Below, one piece after another: positions 58,837 through 64,000 of a stretch of DNA of 64,000 nucleotides. The stretch comes from a bacterium (GTDB taxonomy: Bacteria > Joyebacterota > Joyebacteria > Joyebacterales > Joyebacteraceae), in contig JALGZK010000017.1 of the NCBI GenBank assembly GCA_025774935.1, positions 3,308-67,307 of the forward strand, read 5' to 3'. Below the pieces are notes generated by a model. The model had not been told where the DNA came from and ran no database searches. It was given only the letters and a program-made list of their open reading frames with translations. The position numbers and the translations under genes were made by a program. Every line of letters starts with the position of its first letter. Position 1 is the first letter of the stretch.

Positions 58837-59122
58837 AGCGACGTTGGAAGCTCCCCTGCTTTTCGAGGGGGAAGCCTCAGACGTATGACTGTACAGGCGG
58901 TGACAGAGCGGTCCCCGCGCGAGCGAGGGACTGTCGGCAGACAACATGCGCTGCAGCGAGAGCCGGCGGTTCCGTGCGGGGTCCGCAGGAATCGTACGAG
59001 TCACCTCAACTCAGCGCGTGTGATCCGGTGAAAGGAGGTGAGCGAGGGACACCGGATTCGCAGCAAGAGTGTGTTGTTCCGCGGAACTGAAGCCAGTGAG
59101 TTGAGAGTAGGAGGCGGGAGAG

Positions 59123-59647
59123 ATGAAGAAGCTGCTAATTGCTATTGCGATCCTCGCCATCGCGGCCCCGGCCATGGCTCGCGAGATCGAGGGCGCGTTC
59201 GTGGATCTGGTCGACCCGGCGGCGAATGAGCTCATCCCCGGTGCGACCATGACCCTGAAGTTCATCGTCCAGAACGATTCGAGTGACGCCGAATGGCTCA
59301 CCGACGTTCACATCGCGTTCCCCGACGGGTTCGTCCTCCACGAGAGCACGATGGCCTACGACATGATCGTGGCCGGCCGGCCGAGCTGGGACCAGTATGT
59401 CCCGCCGGTTGACCACACGGCCATCTGGGAGGACAACAACGGTGGCTGGGGCGAGGTCTACAGCACCGAGTTCACGCACGTCTACATCGACGTGACGATC
59501 CCCGACCAGCTCTACGGCTGCATCTACTGGTCGCTGTGGGGAGACGAGTACGGCGACGAGCCCCACTGGGTCTGCGGCTGCATCGACGTCGGCTTCAGCC
59601 CGGTCGAGGATGCGACGTGGGGTGCGATCAAGGCGATGTACAGGTAG
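59123..59647 (+). CDS. Secreted protein (second family) with PVEDATWGAIKAMYR tail
   Basis: Signal peptide MKKLLIAIAILAIAAPAMA; paralogue of the 60165 gene. Confidence 0.88.
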   Translation: MKKLLIAIAILAIAAPAMAREIEGAFVDLVDPAANELIPGATMTLKFIVQNDSSDAEWLTDVHIAFPDGFVLHESTMAYDMIVAGRPSWDQYVPPVDHTAIWEDNNGGWGEVYSTEFTHVYIDVTIPDQLYGCIYWSLWGDEYGDEPHWVCGCIDVGFSPVEDATWGAIKAMYR

Positions 59648-59679
59648 TCCGAGCGCTCAACAAGCAGTACTGCTTTCCG

Positions 59680-59715
59680 AGAGCCCCGGCCATGTGGCCG
59701 GGGCTCTTCCTTTTC
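59680..59715 (+). terminator. Intrinsic terminator
   Basis: AGAGCCCCGGCC-ATGT-GGCCGGGGCTCT followed by TCCTTTT. Confidence 0.8.
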
Positions 59716-59898
59716 ACGTGCGCCTCTCCGACGGCCTCGTCGGCTGCTCCCGGGCACCGTTGCCCCCGGGGTCCCGGGCTCCGGGCGGCCACGACCAGCA
59801 GGGGTCGGCAGGGCCCGCCGCAGGGATCCCAGCGCCGTCTCCCGGCTTCTCGCCCCTCCCACGCCCTCCAGACCCCCCCAGGGGCCTCATCCTAACTC

Positions 59899-59927
59899 TT
59901 GACAAGTTCTGATACTCGTGATATCCT
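59899..59927 (+). promoter_or_regulatory. Sigma70 promoter for the 60165 gene
   Basis: TTGACA-17 nt-TATCCT with extended -10 TG. Confidence 0.6.
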
Positions 59928-60164
59928 GATTATAGAGGGATGGCGACTCTCTGATTCAGACGGGCCATCGGGCCCACGGTTCGAGGGACACAATCCACGA
60001 TCTCGACTGCCCTGCTCCTCTCAGGGGAGCGCAGCAATGGAAGGAGGGCAGCCCGGGATAAGAGCAAGTCGACGGCACCGCGCCGAGCGCGATGCCGTCT
60101 GTTCACAGGTGGACCGGCTGCAGTCTCGCAGCCCCAAGTGCAGGTAGTACGAAGGAGGACGACG

Positions 60165-60686
60165 ATGAAGGTCCTGATGGTAGCGATCACGATTCTGGCG
60201 CTCACGTTCGCCGCCGGCGCGCGTGAGATCGACGGCGCGTACGTGTCCCTGACGTCGCCCGCGCCGCTCGACATCGTCCCGGCGACGGTGATGACGTTCA
60301 TCTTCTGGGTCCAGAACGACTCAGGCGACGCGGAGTGGCTCAGCAACATCCATATCACGTTCCCCGACGGCTTCAATCTCGTGGAGGGCTCGATGGGATT
60401 CGCCGAGATCGCCACAGGCCGACCCAGCTTCGACATGACCGTCAGCGGACAGACGGCTCAGTGGGACGACAACGACGGCGGCTACGGCGAGATCTACAGC
60501 ACCGAGGGCACGGAGGTGTGGGTCGACGCGTTCGTCCCGGGCTGCTACGAGTGCGGCGAGCTCTACTGGGAACTCTGGGGTGACGTCTGGGGCGCGGAGC
60601 CTCACTACGTCGACGGGGTCATCGACCTCTGCCCCTCGCCCGTCGAGGAGTCGACTTGGGGATCCATCAAGGCGCTCTACAGGTAG
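60165..60686 (+). CDS. Secreted protein (second family) with PVEESTWGSIKALYR tail
   Basis: AAGGAGG RBS; signal peptide; shares VQNDS.DAEWL..HI.FPDGF and GE.YSTE with the 59123 protein. Confidence 0.88.
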   Translation: MKVLMVAITILALTFAAGAREIDGAYVSLTSPAPLDIVPATVMTFIFWVQNDSGDAEWLSNIHITFPDGFNLVEGSMGFAEIATGRPSFDMTVSGQTAQWDDNDGGYGEIYSTEGTEVWVDAFVPGCYECGELYWELWGDVWGAEPHYVDGVIDLCPSPVEESTWGSIKALYR

Positions 60687-60716
60687 GACCACACCCGCGA
60701 CGCGATCCGAGACGAA

Positions 60717-60749
60717 GAAAGGCCCCGGCATGGACTGCCGGGGCCTTTC
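60717..60749. terminator. Bidirectional terminator between the 60165 gene and ssrA
   Basis: GAAAGGCCCCGGCA-TGGAC-TGCCGGGGCCTTTC. Confidence 0.8.
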
Positions 60750-60754
60750 ACATA

Positions 60755-61113
60755 TGGTGGAGGCGGCGGGAGTCGAACCCGCGTCCGAAAGCGATTCCAC
60801 ACGGACCTCTACATGCTTAGCCCGATCTTTGGATCTCGCCCCCCGGGTCTCCAATGGGCGGGATACCCGGCGAGCCAGCCACCGTATAGAGTTCGCCTCC
60901 TCACCCAGCGGCAAAGCTCGGAGACTATCCCGTGTAAGCGACGCCCCATCCCGGCCCCACGGGCAAAACCGGGTGGGACGCGTCCGCTCTAGTTAGCAGA
61001 CGTATGCCGGCTGGTAGTCGGCAGTTGAAAAGTCCCCGTTTGTTTAACGAGCCAACGGGACCTCGGCATGCCATCCGTGTTTCTCTCACCCCCGTCGAAA
61101 CCGGATCGCCCCC
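60755..61113 (-). ncRNA. ssrA: tmRNA
   Basis: 5' GGGGGCGATCCGGTTTCGACG; 3' GCGGGTTCGACTCCCGCCGCCTCCACCA; 359 nt; tag frame GCC GAC TAC CAG CCG GCA TAC GTC TGC TAA at 61022-60993. Confidence 0.96.
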
Positions 61114-61158
61114 ATATGTCGATATCAATGAGCTCTGGCGCTTCTCCGCGCCAACTTT

Positions 61159-61187
61159 AATCTACCGCAGTCCTCGCGGGGAGTCAA
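61159..61187 (-). promoter_or_regulatory. Sigma70 promoter of ssrA
   Basis: TTGACT-17 nt-TAGATT. Confidence 0.6.
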
Positions 61188-61209
61188 GGTGTCGGGCGGC
61201 CGGGCGGGG

Positions 61210-61584
61210 TCAGTCGAGGTCGCGCTGCGAGAGCGCGCGGAAGTACTGGTACCTCACGCCGTCGCGCTCGACGAGCGCTTCGAACGCTTCCCTGATGCGA
61301 TCCGGGTTCGTGATGGCCGGATCGTACTCGACGATCGCGGAGTTGTTGCGAGCGTAGGTCGTGACGCTGATCATCCCCGGCACCTCGGCGGTCATCTTCA
61401 CGAATCCCATGGACGTGCCGCGGCACCGGACTCCCTCGACGATGTACTCGACCGTGCCCACCTCCGCCGGGCGCTCCACATCGAACGGGAAGTGGAGCGT
61501 CGGCACCCGGTACAGGTTCGCTGTGGCGAACGCCGCGACGACGAGCACCGCGATCGCTGCGGGGATGATGACCGCCTTTCGCAT
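61210..61584 (-). CDS. Membrane-anchored or exported HMA-like domain protein
   Basis: N-terminal hydrophobic helix; VEGVRCRGT...IVEYDP..TNPDRIREA resembles the HMA fold but has only one Cys. Confidence 0.6.
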   Translation of the reverse strand: MRKAVIIPAAIAVLVVAAFATANLYRVPTLHFPFDVERPAEVGTVEYIVEGVRCRGTSMGFVKMTAEVPGMISVTTYARNNSAIVEYDPAITNPDRIREAFEALVERDGVRYQYFRALSQRDLD

Positions 61585-61642
61585 GATGTGTCTTCCTTCC
61601 CCGACGTCGGCCGCGACTCAGGCGGCCGCGCAGTTCCCGCTG

Positions 61643-62419
61643 CTACTTCCCGTAGCAGGACAGCTCGAGCGCTCCCGACTCCGGACACTCTGACACGCAG
61701 TCGAGGCAGTTGGTGCAGTTGCGGGCGGTCACCTCGATCTCTCGCGAGACCGGGATCTGGTGCGGGCACACCCGGTCGCACTCTCCGCACTCCGTGCAGG
61801 CTTCGGGGTTCCGCCGGACGCGGAGCCCGCCGTAGCGGGAGAGCGGGTCCATGACGGCGCCGAGCGGGCAGAGGTAGCGGCACCAGAAGAACGGAACGAG
61901 CACCGCGGCCGCGAGGATCGCGAAGAGGATGTAGAAGCTGAACGCGGCGGTCCCGTGTCCGCCCCACGTGAACAGGATGTAGAACGGGTCGTACGCGCGG
62001 AACCCGAGGTCGCCCTTCCAGACGGTCCACGTGAGCAGGAGCACCAGGACGAGCACGACGTAGCGGAGGTTCATCGCCCAGCGGTCGCCGCGGTCGGGCA
62101 GGTGGAACGACCGGCCGAAGACCTTCCGGCCCGCGCGGGAGAGCCACTCGCTCACTGTCCCGAACGGGCAGACCCAGCTGCAAAACGACTTCTTCGTCGC
62201 GATCGTGAGCACGAAGAGGGACACCATGAGGGACACGTTGAGCTCGGTAAGCCGGCACGTGTACTGGCCGTACCGCGCGAGCGGTAAGAGCGCTGCAACG
62301 CCCCCGAATGGGCAGTACGCCTCGCAGGTGTTCGGCGTCAGCCCGGCGATCCCCCTCGCCATGAGGACGACCGTGCCGGCCAGAAACGCGATCTGAACGA
62401 GTGTCCTGAGAACCCTCAC
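61643..62419 (-). CDS. Membrane polyferredoxin (NapH/MauN-like 4Fe-4S binding protein)
   Basis: CEAYCPFGG, FCSWVCPFG, WCRYLCPLG, CTECGECDRVCP, CTNCLDCVSECP; transmembrane helices. Confidence 0.88.
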   Translation of the reverse strand: MRVLRTLVQIAFLAGTVVLMARGIAGLTPNTCEAYCPFGGVAALLPLARYGQYTCRLTELNVSLMVSLFVLTIATKKSFCSWVCPFGTVSEWLSRAGRKVFGRSFHLPDRGDRWAMNLRYVVLVLVLLLTWTVWKGDLGFRAYDPFYILFTWGGHGTAAFSFYILFAILAAAVLVPFFWCRYLCPLGAVMDPLSRYGGLRVRRNPEACTECGECDRVCPHQIPVSREIEVTARNCTNCLDCVSECPESGALELSCYGK

Positions 62420-63354
62420 GCACCCTCTCCCACGGCTTCAGCCCACATCGACTCGAGCGACTCGCGGAGCCCGATCCGGGGCTCCCACCCGAGCTCCTTG
62501 ATCTTCGAGATGTCCGCGCGCATGACCGGCACGTCGATCTCCCTGAGTCGGGCGTCCTCGATCTCGACCGGCACGTCGACGCCCGCGACGGAGAGGAGCT
62601 CGTCGATGACCTCCCGAACGGAGACGTCGCGGCCTGAAGCCACATTATACACGGAGCCTACTTCCCCGCGCTCGAGAATCGCGTCGAGGGCCCCCACGGC
62701 GTCCCGGACGTCGACGAAGTCGCGCCGCGCCGTCACGAGCCCGACGTTCAGGCGGTCGGCTCCGCCCTCGCGGACTCCCGCCAGCTGCCGGACGAACGTC
62801 ATGGGGACGAGGCCCTCCGGCTGCCCCGGGCCGAGGAGGTTGAAGATGCGCGCGAGGGCAATCGGGAGTCCGGAGCCTGCCGACATCGAGAGCGCCACGT
62901 ACTCCTGCGCGACCTTGCTCACCGCGTAGGCCGTCACGGGACGGAGGGGCTGCTTCTCGGGAACGGGAAGGTCCCCGTCACCGATCACGCCGTACATCGC
63001 GGCCGAGCCCACCTGCACGATGCGGGTGTCCGTGAGACCAGCCGCCGAGAGCGCGCCGTACAGCCTCGCCGTGCCGACGACGTTGACGTCGAGGTAGAGA
63101 TCGAGGTCGGCGCCGCCGATCAGGCTCGCGAGATGGACGACCCCGGTCGGCCTGCTCTCGCCGACGAGCGCCCGCACGGCGCCGCGGTCGCGGAGGTCGA
63201 CCTTCCGGTAGTGGTCGCATGCGAGTCCGCCCGGGTCGGGCCGCTCGCTCGTCGCCCAGAGCTCGGTGACGGGATGGGACTCCCGGAGGTGCCGGAGCGT
63301 CCAGGCCCCGACGAAGCCGGTGGCGCCCGTCACGAGCACGCGGTCGTACGTCAT
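62416..63354 (-). CDS. NAD-dependent sugar epimerase/dehydratase (RMD/GMD-like extended SDR)
   Basis: VTGATGFVG, YAVSK, RDFVDVRD, YNVASG. Confidence 0.9.
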   Translation of the reverse strand: MTYDRVLVTGATGFVGAWTLRHLRESHPVTELWATSERPDPGGLACDHYRKVDLRDRGAVRALVGESRPTGVVHLASLIGGADLDLYLDVNVVGTARLYGALSAAGLTDTRIVQVGSAAMYGVIGDGDLPVPEKQPLRPVTAYAVSKVAQEYVALSMSAGSGLPIALARIFNLLGPGQPEGLVPMTFVRQLAGVREGGADRLNVGLVTARRDFVDVRDAVGALDAILERGEVGSVYNVASGRDVSVREVIDELLSVAGVDVPVEIEDARLREIDVPVMRADISKIKELGWEPRIGLRESLESMWAEAVGEGA

Positions 63355-63402
63355 CGATGAGCTTCCCTCTTGGAAGTCAGTGAGCAGATGCGGTCGGCGG
63401 GC

Positions 63403-63999
63403 TCAGCCCAGGAGCCGTTTGCGTATCTTCTCGAAGTCCTCGTTCGCGCGGTCGTAGTCGTCGGGCCGGCCGATGTCGAGCCAGTAACCGTCGTACGGGT
63501 AGGCCCGGACGTCGAGTCCCCTCTCGATGCTCGCGATCATGAGCTCGTCGAAGCCGAACGGTCCGGACTCGGGCACGAGGTCCATGACGGACCTGCTGAA
63601 CGCGTAGATCCCCATGCTGACGCTGAACCGCTCGTGCGGTTTCTCGACGAACTCGGTAAGCCGCCGCGTCTCCGCGTCAAACCCGAGCACGCCGAAGTCG
63701 ATCGTGACCTCGCGCTCGTACGTCGCGATCGTCGCGACCGCGCCGCTCTCGACGTGCGCGCGGAAGATCGCGGCGTAGTCGAGGTCGGTCAGGAGATCCC
63801 CGTTCATGACGAGGAAGTCCTCCGGTAGATCCTCGATGAGCCGGAGCGGGGCGATCGTGCCCAGCGGTTCGTCCTCGACCGAGTAGTCGACCGAGAGCCC
63901 CCACTTCCCACCGTCCCCGAAGTAGGCCATGAGGAGGTCCGCCATGTGCCCGACGGTCATCGTGGCGCGCTCGCACCCGGACGCGGCGAGCCTCCGTAG
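63403..63999 (-). CDS. Sugar-phosphate nucleotidyltransferase, 5' end outside the window
   Basis: Frame open to the window end; EDEPLGTIAPL, VMNGDLLTD, FVEKP, WLDIGRPDDY. Confidence 0.9.
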   Translation of the reverse strand, partial: LRRLAASGCERATMTVGHMADLLMAYFGDGGKWGLSVDYSVEDEPLGTIAPLRLIEDLPEDFLVMNGDLLTDLDYAAIFRAHVESGAVATIATYEREVTIDFGVLGFDAETRRLTEFVEKPHERFSVSMGIYAFSRSVMDLVPESGPFGFDELMIASIERGLDVRAYPYDGYWLDIGRPDDYDRANEDFEKIRKRLLG

Positions 64000-64000
64000 C

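Overview
GC-rich bacterial DNA, probably from an anaerobe of the Eisenbacteria/Krumholzibacteriota-like FCB lineages (inference from the protein families and C-terminal motifs). Almost all real genes are on the minus strand; most long plus-strand ORFs in the track are antisense shadows. (1) 1-9.4 kb: a large C25 (gingipain/PorU-like) peptidase missing from the ORF track; a lipoprotein with an in-frame CG-UGA (probable selenocysteine) joining a UshA-like domain to a tetraheme cytochrome c; an array of secreted proteins, four with a PVExx[TS]W[GS]xIKxLYR tail and one dockerin-like; tRNA-Val. (2) 9.4-18.3 kb: housekeeping genes yggS-yggT-punA-ileS-dksA/traR-lspA-[rluD::yqgF fusion]-mltG. (3) A lone mvhD, convergent with (4) a ~39-kb co-directional branched-chain amino acid/acyl-CoA cluster (19.2-58.6 kb). 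It holds two Leu-DH-like paralogues, three acyl-CoA dehydrogenases, MCC and PCC carboxylases, methylmalonyl- and isobutyryl-CoA mutases, an archaeal-type HMG-CoA synthase/thiolase/DUF35 triad, Buk, EtfAB and an HdrD-like protein. Its most striking feature is an HdrA split in two, with a NuoEFG/HydCBA-like module inserted into its ferredoxin domain. (5) 59-64 kb: two more tail-bearing secreted proteins, tmRNA with a tag ending in YVC, a polyferredoxin/HMA-like pair and sugar-nucleotide genes. No mobile element, integrase or CRISPR array was seen.
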